DNA of 64,000 nucleotides from Gemmatimonadota bacterium. Lineage in GTDB: Bacteria; Gemmatimonadota; Gemmatimonadetes; Palauibacterales; Palauibacteraceae. The notes beneath the pieces are model-generated. The model ran no database searches. It worked only from the letters and a program-made list of their open reading frames with translations, and had not been told where the DNA came from. The DNA is taken from assembly GCA_046758745.1 (NCBI GenBank), contig JBHIAV010000007.1, positions 28,950 through 92,949 on the forward strand, read 5' to 3'. Shown piece by piece: positions 1-8,500 of the stretch (within the stretch, counting starts at the first letter, position 1; the number at the start of each line of letters is the position of its first letter). The position numbers and the translations under genes were made by a program.

Positions 1-78
1 CGCGTTCAGCCCGCCGATCGCCAGGACGGCGAAGAGGGCGGGGATCGATCGCCTGATGGCCATGTTTCGCATCCTCAT
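1..78 (-). CDS. N-terminus (partial, runs off window) of probable RagB/SusD-family nutrient uptake lipoprotein
   Basis: Minus strand reads MRMRNMAIRRSIPALFAVLAIGGLNA..., a basic plus hydrophobic signal peptide approaching a likely lipobox. Starts 17 bp after the SusC stop, the usual susC-susD order. Confidence 0.6.
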   Translation of the reverse strand, partial: MRMRNMAIRRSIPALFAVLAIGGLNA

Positions 79-95
79 CGCTCTCGTCCTCGCGG

Positions 96-3056
96 CTAGA
101 ATCCAAGATCGATCGAGAACCAGAAGCTCCGGCTCGGCGGGTACGGCGAGGTGTCGATGTTCCGTCCGATGGACTGGTTCCCGAAGTTGCTCACCTCCGG
201 ATCGAGGCCCGAGTAGCCGGTGAACACGAACAGATCTCGCGCGCTCAGGCTCAGGCGGACCCGCCGGAAGGACGACCACAGCTTCTTGACGACATCCGTG
301 GGAAGCTCGTAGGCCAGGGTGGCCTCGCGCAGCTTGACGAACGTGCCCGATTCGAGGAACGCCCTGGCGTCCGTACCGAACGCACCCAAACGCGCCGCTC
401 CGTTTTCCAAAAAGTCTTCGGTGGTCTGGGCGAGATCCGAGATCAGCGTATTCAGGTTGATGATATCGCCGCCCCGCCGCCAGTCGAAGAGCGTGTACAG
501 GCTGAGTCCCTTGTAAGAAAATTCGTTCACGAAGGACATTTTGAAGTCCGGGTTCGTATCACCGATCTTCACGATGTCGCCGGACGGGATAATGCCTACG
601 ATCTGGGTGGCCGAGGCCCCCTCCTCGACCCGGAACTCTCCGAGCGAGGGGCCGAAGCCGCTGTTCGGATCCCCCGGCGCCGGGGAGAACTGCCTGACAC
701 CGATCGCCTCCTCTAGCTCGAGCACCTTGCTCCGGTCGAGGGAGAAGAGGGTCCTGGACACCCACTGGAAGTCCGAGGTCCGGAACGGGGTGAGCCCCAG
801 CGCCAGCTCGACCCCTCGCACGCGCAGCTCACCGCCGTTGACGAATCGGGACTCGAAGCCCGATGAGGGGGCCACCGTCTGCTGGAGGAGGAGGTCGGTG
901 ATGTTCTGCTGGTAGAAGGTGAACTCGAGGCTCGCGTTGCCGCCGACCAGCGTCGCGTCAAAGCCGGCTTCGATCTCGCGCGTCCGCTCCGGCTCGATGT
1001 TGGGATCGCCTACCCGCGGGTTCACCACAATGCCTGCTTCGCCCTCGATGTTCTGGGTGGCGTTCAGGCTGATGAACTTCTGTCCGAACAGAGGCTGGTT
1101 GCCCGACTCGCCGTACGCCACACGGAGCTTCAGGTCCTCGATGGCCCCCGACAGCCCTGTGAAGCTGTAGGCGGCCGACCCCTTCGGGTACCAGAAGACC
1201 TCCTCGTCGTCCCCGTTCGCGCTGGACTGCTCCCCCCGAACCGCGCCGGTGAGGGTGAGCCGCTCGTCCAGGAGCTGCAGCTCCTCCTGAATGTAGAAGC
1301 CGAAGTCCTCCACCCGCTCCTTCCGCTGGCTCACCTCGATCTGGGTTCCCGACGCGAGGTTCTCCTGACCCGCGGTGAGGTCGCGGCTCACGATCCGAGC
1401 GATGTTGAGCTCCCGCTCCTCGAACTGAACCCCCGCCGAGGTGGTGGCCCGGAAGGAGCCCGAGGAGGGGGTGTAGGAGTAGACCGCGTCTCCGCTCAGG
1501 TTCTGGTTGCGGTTGTCGCTGTCCGAGAGAAGTGATGTCCCCGGCAGCCCGTCATCCGGCTCGAAGAAGAGCTCGGGCGGGAAGAAGAGGTCGTTCTCCT
1601 GCCGGAACCAGTCTATCCCTCCCCGCGCGATCAGCCTCAGGCTGCTGTTCTCGGTCCTGACGGCCTCCCAGGAGAGGTCGGCCGAGCCGATGAAGCGCCA
1701 CACCTCCTCCTCGTTCTTCATCAGCTCGAACGTCTGGAGGGGGTTGCTGCCGCCCGTGAACGGGTTGTCGGGAAACGTTCCGTCCGGCCTCTGCCTGAGG
1801 TCGAAGAAGCGCGGGATGAACGGCAGCGCGAAGAACGGCGTGATGAGGAAGTTGTCGTTGTTGAAGAGGCCACGCCGAGCCAGGGTGTGAACGATGTTGG
1901 AGCTCACGCCCAGCCGCCACCGCTCGCCGAGCTGCTGGTCGATATTGAGCCGGAGCGACTGCTTCTGGTACCCGGTGTTGTTGACGATGCCCTCGTCGTC
2001 CTTTACGAGAGCGGAGACGAAATAGCTCGTGTTCTCGCTACCGCCGCTCACGCTGGCGATCGTCTCGAAGGAGAGCTTGTTGCGGTCGGAGAGCTCCTGC
2101 TCGTGGTCGAAAAACCGCCCCTGCCGGAACGGCTCGCGTGCCGCCTCTCCGAACACCGAAACCACCTCGTCCTCCGTGGCGCCCCGGAAGGTGCGATAGT
2201 TGAACTTCTCGCTCAGTTCGAAGAAACCGAAGCGCTGCGTGAGGTCGACCCGGGGCGGGCCGGGGCGCCCGCGCTTCGTGGTGATGATGACCACGCCGTT
2301 GCTCGCCTTCGATCCGTAGATCGCCGAGGCCGAGGCGCCCTTCAGGATCTCGATGCTCTCGATGTCGTTCGGATTGAGATCGGCGATACGGTTGACCTGG
2401 TCCTGCTGAAGGGGCGAAGGGTTCGACCCGCCGCTGGACTGGGTCACCACGTCCTGGTTGTTCACGATCGCCACGTTGCTGACGATCGTGCCATCCACCA
2501 CGTAGAGCGGCTCGCTGGCGGCGTTGATCGAGGAGATGCCGCGCAAGTTCACCTGGATGCCGCCGCCGGGGGCGCCGGAGTTTTTCTGGATGTCGGCGCC
2601 CGCGATCTTCCCCTGTACGGCCTGCTCGACCGAGGACGCGGGCACCCGCTCGAGCTCCGCGGCGCTCACCGTGGAGATCGCGTTGGCGACGCTGCGCCGC
2701 TCCAGCGCCGTGGCGCGCCCCGTCACCACCAGCTGCTCGAGCTGAAGGAGGTCGGTGCGGAGCTCCACCGTGACGCTGCTCTGGTCCGCCGCCACCGTCA
2801 CTTCTCCCGCCCGGTATCCGATGCGCACCACGCGCAGCGTCACGCTACCGGCGGGTGCCCCCCTAAGCACGAAGGTGCCGTCCTCCGCCCCAAAGGCGCC
2901 GAGCTGGGTCCCGACGACGCTGACGCTCGCGTTCGCCACGGGCGCCTGCGTGTCCATGTCGATCACCCGTCCCGAGATCGTCCGCTGCTGCGCGATCCCG
3001 AGGCTCGCGGTGAGGAGAAGGAGTACGGTGGAGAGTAGGCCGGCTCTGGCAGTCAT
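96..3056 (-). CDS. SusC/RagA family TonB-linked outer membrane transporter
   Basis: Signal peptide, N-terminal carboxypeptidase-regulatory-like domain, plug motif LNPNDIESIEILKGASASAIYGSKASNGVVIITTKRG, and C-terminal YPPSRSFWFSIDLGF. ATG at 3056 has a GGGGAGG RBS. Confidence 0.93.
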   Translation of the reverse strand: MTARAGLLSTVLLLLTASLGIAQQRTISGRVIDMDTQAPVANASVSVVGTQLGAFGAEDGTFVLRGAPAGSVTLRVVRIGYRAGEVTVAADQSSVTVELRTDLLQLEQLVVTGRATALERRSVANAISTVSAAELERVPASSVEQAVQGKIAGADIQKNSGAPGGGIQVNLRGISSINAASEPLYVVDGTIVSNVAIVNNQDVVTQSSGGSNPSPLQQDQVNRIADLNPNDIESIEILKGASASAIYGSKASNGVVIITTKRGRPGPPRVDLTQRFGFFELSEKFNYRTFRGATEDEVVSVFGEAAREPFRQGRFFDHEQELSDRNKLSFETIASVSGGSENTSYFVSALVKDDEGIVNNTGYQKQSLRLNIDQQLGERWRLGVSSNIVHTLARRGLFNNDNFLITPFFALPFIPRFFDLRQRPDGTFPDNPFTGGSNPLQTFELMKNEEEVWRFIGSADLSWEAVRTENSSLRLIARGGIDWFRQENDLFFPPELFFEPDDGLPGTSLLSDSDNRNQNLSGDAVYSYTPSSGSFRATTSAGVQFEERELNIARIVSRDLTAGQENLASGTQIEVSQRKERVEDFGFYIQEELQLLDERLTLTGAVRGEQSSANGDDEEVFWYPKGSAAYSFTGLSGAIEDLKLRVAYGESGNQPLFGQKFISLNATQNIEGEAGIVVNPRVGDPNIEPERTREIEAGFDATLVGGNASLEFTFYQQNITDLLLQQTVAPSSGFESRFVNGGELRVRGVELALGLTPFRTSDFQWVSRTLFSLDRSKVLELEEAIGVRQFSPAPGDPNSGFGPSLGEFRVEEGASATQIVGIIPSGDIVKIGDTNPDFKMSFVNEFSYKGLSLYTLFDWRRGGDIINLNTLISDLAQTTEDFLENGAARLGAFGTDARAFLESGTFVKLREATLAYELPTDVVKKLWSSFRRVRLSLSARDLFVFTGYSGLDPEVSNFGNQSIGRNIDTSPYPPSRSFWFSIDLGF

Positions 3057-3097
3057 CGATGCCTCCCCGAAGTCGTGCGGTTGCGAAGAGCCCGACA

Positions 3098-3153
3098 CGG
3101 CGAACGAACCTACAGGTCGATGCGGCGAACGAATCTACAGGTCAATGCGGCGA
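3098..3153. repeat. 25-bp tandem repeat (2 copies plus partial) upstream of susC
   Basis: cggcgaacgaacctacaggtcgatg / cggcgaacgaatctacaggtcaatg / cggcga; 2 mismatches between the full copies. Confidence 0.85.
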
Positions 3154-3442
3154 CCGCCGGTCCCCCCACAGCGGCTCGCGGATCTCTTCCGGATGCAGGT
3201 ATCCCGCACATGGAGCCTCTCGGGGGAGCAGACAGGCTAACAAGGACAGCCCGAGTTGACAAGGGCGGCGCGGCCGGACCGCAAACGGGCCTGCCCTGCG
3301 CCCCGGCCTTACCGCTCCGGTCGGGCGGCGGATCGAGCGCGGGGCCTTCCTACGGCCCGAATCCTGCAACGCCTCCAAGGCTCCTCCATGCGCCGCCGAC
3401 GGGTGGTGCGAGGCGGGCCTCATCGTCAGGAGCGCGAACAGC

Positions 3443-3988
3443 ATGACGGACATGGAGATGCCCGAGCCCGACGCCCCGGTGAACGCCTCCTGGGGCGCGC
3501 TCGATGGCGGCGACGCCTTCGTGCGTCGGGCCTCGGGCCCGGAGGGGGGAGGGGCGGACGAGCGGAGTTCGGTGCCGGGGAGCGCGCCCACGATCCTGAA
3601 GCGGGCGAAGCGCGGCGGGTCGGGTCTTCCGCCCAACCTGGCGGGAGCGCTCTCTTACGTCGCGGGCCCGTTCACCGGGGCCGTGTTCCTCATCATGGAC
3701 GAGGAAGTCCCGTTCGTGCGCTTCCACGCCCTCCAGGCGATCACTCTCACCGTGGCGTGGGTCAGCGTGTGGATCGTCGTGTCGCTGTTCGCTTTCCTTG
3801 TCGATAGCATCCCCGTGGTCGGTCACCCCCTCGCCGTCTTTCTCCGCCTCCTCGTGGCCGGGGGAAGCGTCGGCCTTTGGCTCTACGCCATGCACGAGGC
3901 GCTTCGGAGCCGGGAGTGGGAGGTGCCGTTCGTCGGCCTGATCGTCCGGCGGCTGGAGGAGGCGGACTCGGCCGGGACGGACAGTTAG
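3443..3988 (+). CDS. DUF4870-like membrane protein
   Basis: GLPPNLAGALSY...FVRFHALQAI...LWLYAM...WEVPFVG pattern with three hydrophobic segments. Confidence 0.75.
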   Translation: MTDMEMPEPDAPVNASWGALDGGDAFVRRASGPEGGGADERSSVPGSAPTILKRAKRGGSGLPPNLAGALSYVAGPFTGAVFLIMDEEVPFVRFHALQAITLTVAWVSVWIVVSLFAFLVDSIPVVGHPLAVFLRLLVAGGSVGLWLYAMHEALRSREWEVPFVGLIVRRLEEADSAGTDS

Positions 3989-5043
3989 AGGCTGTCGAAC
4001 AGGCTCAGTTGCCCCGCGGGCGGAGGCCGTCGGAAGTGGGCGGTCGAGAGCGCGAGGCGCCCCGTGTTCAGCCCCACTCTCCGGCAGCCGATCTCGAACA
4101 TTCGCTGGACCTGCCTGGCGAACGGACCCTCCCCGCGCATCCGAGCCCCGTAGCGAGCCTCGTAGAGCCTTCCGCCGCGAAGCTCGCGCAGCCGGTTCAG
4201 CACCTTCTCTTTCCGCGCGGGAAAGTGCTGCTGCAGCCAAGCTCCGAAAAGCGACTCCACACCGTACGGGAGTCGCAGCATGATGAAGCCCGCCCTCGTC
4301 GCCCCGGCGTCGGCGGCTGCGGCCAGGATCCGCGGCATCTCGTGGTCGGTCATGCCCGGGATGACCGGGGCCACCATGACCCCGACCGGGATCCCGACCT
4401 CCGAGAGCTTGCGAATCGCCTCCAGCCGACGCTCGGGCACCGAGGTGCGCGGCTCCATGAAGCGCTGGAGCTCCGGATCCAAGGTGGTCAGCGAGAGTGA
4501 GACGCTCACCGCACGAAAAGGGAGGAACCGTTCGAGCAGGTCTAGATCACGGGTCACCAGGTGGTTCTTGGTGATGATCGCGACGGGATTGCGGGCCTCC
4601 GCCAGCACCTCCAGGCAACCGCGGGTGATGCGCAGACGTCGCTCGATCGGCTGGTACGGGTCGGTGACGCCGCTCAGCGCAAGCACCTGCGGCTTCCAGC
4701 GGGGCGAGGCGAGCTCCCTGCGGAGGAGAACGGGCGCGTTCTCCTTCACCAGGATCTTCGTCTCGAAGTCCAGGCCGGCCGAGAAGCCGAGATACTCGTG
4801 GTTGGGCCGGGCGTAACAGTAAGCACACCCGTGCTCGCATCCCCTATACGGGTTGATGCTGGCGTCGAAGCCGACGTCGGGGCTCTCGTTGTAGGTTATG
4901 AGCGAGCGAGAGTCGTCAGGGAGGAACCGGGTGCGTGGAAGGGGGTCGTCCTCCGTCCAACCGTCTCGCTCGATGGCGATGGCCGAGAACCGATTCGGCG
5001 GATTGTCAGAGACGCCGCGACCGCGCAGGGGAACGAGGCTCAT
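3985..5043 (-). CDS. PA0069/Rv2578c-family radical SAM protein (spore photoproduct lyase-like, putative DNA repair)
   Basis: SINPYRGCEHGCAYCYARPNHEYLG CxxxCxxC motif, TDPYQPIE, and C-terminal GQLSLF. Confidence 0.9.
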   Translation of the reverse strand: MSLVPLRGRGVSDNPPNRFSAIAIERDGWTEDDPLPRTRFLPDDSRSLITYNESPDVGFDASINPYRGCEHGCAYCYARPNHEYLGFSAGLDFETKILVKENAPVLLRRELASPRWKPQVLALSGVTDPYQPIERRLRITRGCLEVLAEARNPVAIITKNHLVTRDLDLLERFLPFRAVSVSLSLTTLDPELQRFMEPRTSVPERRLEAIRKLSEVGIPVGVMVAPVIPGMTDHEMPRILAAAADAGATRAGFIMLRLPYGVESLFGAWLQQHFPARKEKVLNRLRELRGGRLYEARYGARMRGEGPFARQVQRMFEIGCRRVGLNTGRLALSTAHFRRPPPAGQLSLFDSL

Positions 5044-5319
5044 ACGGGCAGTACCCGGGGCGGCCAGAGAAGTTTCGGTGTTTGTTCGGGACGCGGAGCG
5101 CCGTTCGCCCCTCTATCCTTTCCGGGCTGCAGGCGCTAAACTGGTCCCTGCGTTGGGAATCAACTCTCGACGTAGGGAATCAACGTCGGAGGATTGGGCG
5201 TCCGGTGTTCGTTACCACACGGGTCCGCCACGCATGCCTGGCCGGTCTCCCTATGATCCGGGGGGTCCTCTCATCTCATAGCTGATCGGCGCACGGGTTG
5301 TAAGCACGGAGGGTGATCG

Positions 5320-5490
5320 ATGGCGCTCTACGAATACCTCTGCGAGGACTGCAGCAAGACCTTCACGGTCCAGGAATCGATCGCGAAGCACGAGAAGGGA
5401 CGGAGGAAGCGAGCCTGCCCGGAGTGCGGGGGACGCAAAACGCACCAGCTCTTCTCGAGCTTCTTCGCCAAGACCAGCTCCAAGAGCTGA
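5320..5490 (+). CDS. FmdB-family zinc-ribbon small protein (56 aa; not in ORF track)
   Basis: MALYEYLCEDCSKTF...ACPECGGRKTHQLFS: YEYxCxxC...CPxCG signature. GGAGG RBS upstream. Confidence 0.85.
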   Translation: MALYEYLCEDCSKTFTVQESIAKHEKGRRKRACPECGGRKTHQLFSSFFAKTSSKS

Positions 5491-5556
5491 TCCAACCGCC
5501 GGGGGGGCGACCGGCGGCGCCCCTGGCGCGCAGCTGGTCGATGCCGGCGTCGCGGC

Positions 5557-8500
5557 TCAGCGCCTGGCCGCGTAGGCGCGAAGGGACGGAGGCACCCTCC
5601 GTCGGGCGAGCGCCCGCTCGGTCTCCGGGTCGGCGGGGGCCTTCCCCTCCAGGCTGCGCGTGACGTTTCCTTCCCGCACGTACAGGGGAACGCCGTCCCG
5701 GTAGCCTATGCGGTTGCGGGTCAGCGCCGGGATGCGCTCACCGGGTGTAATGATCCCGGTGAGGTTGAGCGGGTCGGCCGCGCTGAGCACGAGCAAGCGG
5801 CCGGTCGGCTCGGCTCGGCGCACTGTGCGCAGCTTCCCAACAGCCTCGGGCAGGGCGAAGTGCTCGCCAGAGAATCCCCGCACGAACCGCCTGCCGCGCA
5901 TCTCGCCCCTCGCCTCCAGCCGGCGGTACACGAGGACGAGCTCGCGCCAGCTCGGCGCGCGGGTCTCCCGGTCGAGGAGCCGGCGAAAGACGACTCCGTA
6001 GCGGCGGAGGAGGGCACGCGCGTGCGGCTCGGCGTCCAGGGGGCCCCGGAGGCCCTCTCCCGCGCGTGCGCGGTCGCTCGGGCCGTTCCCGGTTGCCTGC
6101 CGGGTGGCCTCCTCGCGGTCGGCGGTTGGGGCCTCCTCCGGCGGGTGGGCTGCCTTCTCCGCCGGGTGGGCTGCCTGCTCCACCGGGTCGACGGGTCGGA
6201 GCAGGGACCAGCGCCCCGCCGTGTCCACGCCGTACGCCGCGGTTCGGCGCCGCCGCCGAGTCCCCTCGGCCTCCCCGAGCAGAGGCTTTCGCTTCTCCGA
6301 CGGGGTGAGGAGCGCCCGGAGGCCGGCGAAGCTGTCCGACGTCACGTACCCGAGGGCGACGAGCTCGCCGAGTGCCTGCTCCACCTGCGTCGGCAGGAGG
6401 GCGGATCCCGCCACGAGCTCCGCGAAGAAGGAGGCGCCACGCCGCCGGAGCCTCTCGAGGACGATTCGTGCGGGAGAGCTGAGCTTCTCATCCGCCGAGG
6501 CAGCCGTCGGGCTGAGCCACACCGCTCCATGTTCGCGCCGGAAGAGTCCAATCGGGCTGGAGCGTAGCGGCCCTGTGGCGGCGAGTCCCGTGCCCTCGCC
6601 GGCCGGCGGCGTGAGCCGGCCCCATGCCATCCGGCCGCCGAGACAAAGCCGATCGAGGAGCTCCGGCTCGTACTCCTCGCACCGCGCCGCGAGCACCTCC
6701 GTCTCCCACGCGGCGGCGGGGAGCTCCAGACCGTCCAGCTGCTCGATCACCGCGGCGAGCCCTTCGTCGCCCTTCACGCGGTGTTCCGGCTCGACGCACT
6801 GCCACTGGAAGAGAAAGCGCATGAAGTCGGCCGCGCTCACCGGTTCGATCTCCGCGCGCAGCCGGTTCAGGGTGTACCGGTGGATTCGGGAGAGAAGCCG
6901 CCGGTCGCACCACTCGAGGCCCCCGGCCGCCGGCGTGAAGGTGCCGCGCAGCACGACTCCCTCCGTCTCCAGCGCCAGAAGGACCTGCTCCGCCTCCACC
7001 TCGCTCACTCCGAGGGAGGCGCCGAGCACCGCCGCGGTGGTGGGGCCCACCATCTCCAGACGGCTTCGCAAGAGTTCCCGGATGGCCTCATCCCGATTGG
7101 TCGGTTGGAGCGAGTGGCCCGGCGGTGGGGTCACCGCGGGTTCGAATTCCGCTTCCGGGAAGACGCTTCGGATCTCCGGGAGCCGCTCCGCAGCGACCCA
7201 CAGGGGCCCGCTCCCGGCCGGCGACGGTAGGGCACCCGGGAGAGAAGCTGGCTGCGAGGACGGCTCGGCGCCGTCCGCCGCGTGGCCGCGCTGCCGTCGC
7301 TGCACCAGGGTCGCCCGACCGGCGGCCGTGAGCTCGTCCAGAAGGCCCGTCCATCCGAATCTCTCCCCTTCGGCTTGTAGCAGGAAGGCGCCGGTGAGGA
7401 GAGCATCGTGCAGCTCGTCCGGCGTCTCGGGGTCCGGCCATGCCTCCTCGCGCACCCGGTCGATGGCCTGCGGATCGAGCGCGCCCAGATCGACGGCCGA
7501 GGAGGGCTCCAGAGCCCGCCGGGCGTACACCGCCTGCGCGCGACGCTCCTCGAGCGGGGCGCCGTCGAGGAAGGCATAGGGCCGCGCGTTCAGGATCTCG
7601 TGTGAGAGCGGGGATGGCTCGGGGGTGTCGCGCGCCACGCAGCGCAGCTCCCCCGTCCAGATCGCTCGCAGGATCTCCCTCAGGCGTGGGAAGTCCATCG
7701 CCTCCTCGACGCAATCCTCGATCGTCTGCCGCACCAGCGGGTGGTCGGGGATCTCCCTCGCGCCGACGATGTGCTCCAGGCACGCCGTGGCGTCCGGGAA
7801 GACCGCCGACAGCAGGTCCTCGGCCTCCATGCGCTGGATCTGCGGCGGCGTCTTTCTGCCCCGCCGCCACCGGGGCACCGCCAGCGAGACCGAGGCATTC
7901 CACCGCCACCTAGTCTGGAAGACGGGGGCATCGAACACGGCCTGCACGAGGAGATCCCGCACCGTGTCCGGGTGCAGGTAGCGGAAGACTTCCGCCAGGG
8001 GGAAGGAGTGCTGCGGGCCGAGCGAGAGGAGGATCCCTTCCTCCGTAGCCGCCGCCTGAAGCTCGAAGTTGAAGGACTGGCAGAAGCGCTTGCGCAGCGC
8101 CAGCCCCCACGCCCGGTTGATCCGGCTGCCGAACGGCGCGTGCAGGACGAGCTGCATCCCGCCCGACTCGTCGAAGAAGCGCTCGAGGACGAGGGTGCCG
8201 TGGGTGGGAAGCACGCCGAGAATTCGTTTCGACTCCGCGAAGTACGTGGCGATCTGTGCCGCGGCCACGGGCGGGAGCCCGACCTCCCGGACGAGCCACT
8301 CGGTCGCTCGCTGCGCCGCAGAGGCCTGCCCAGCCGCCTCGGAATCCGGCTCCATCGCCTCGGGCGCGTCATCTCCCTTCAACCGCTCGTCCACCTCGCC
8401 CCTCAGCTCCGATACGGCGGCCGATAGCTCGCGACTCCGCCCAGGCGCCTCCCCGAGCCAGAACGGGATGCTGGGCGGGAGCCCCTGCGCATCGGCCACT

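Noticed and set aside
1..3056. SusC/SusD outside Bacteroidota as a novelty
   Set aside because: SusC/D-like pairs are already known in Gemmatimonadota and related phyla.
3098..3153. Tandem repeat as a CRISPR remnant
   Set aside because: No spacers, only two copies, and no cas genes.
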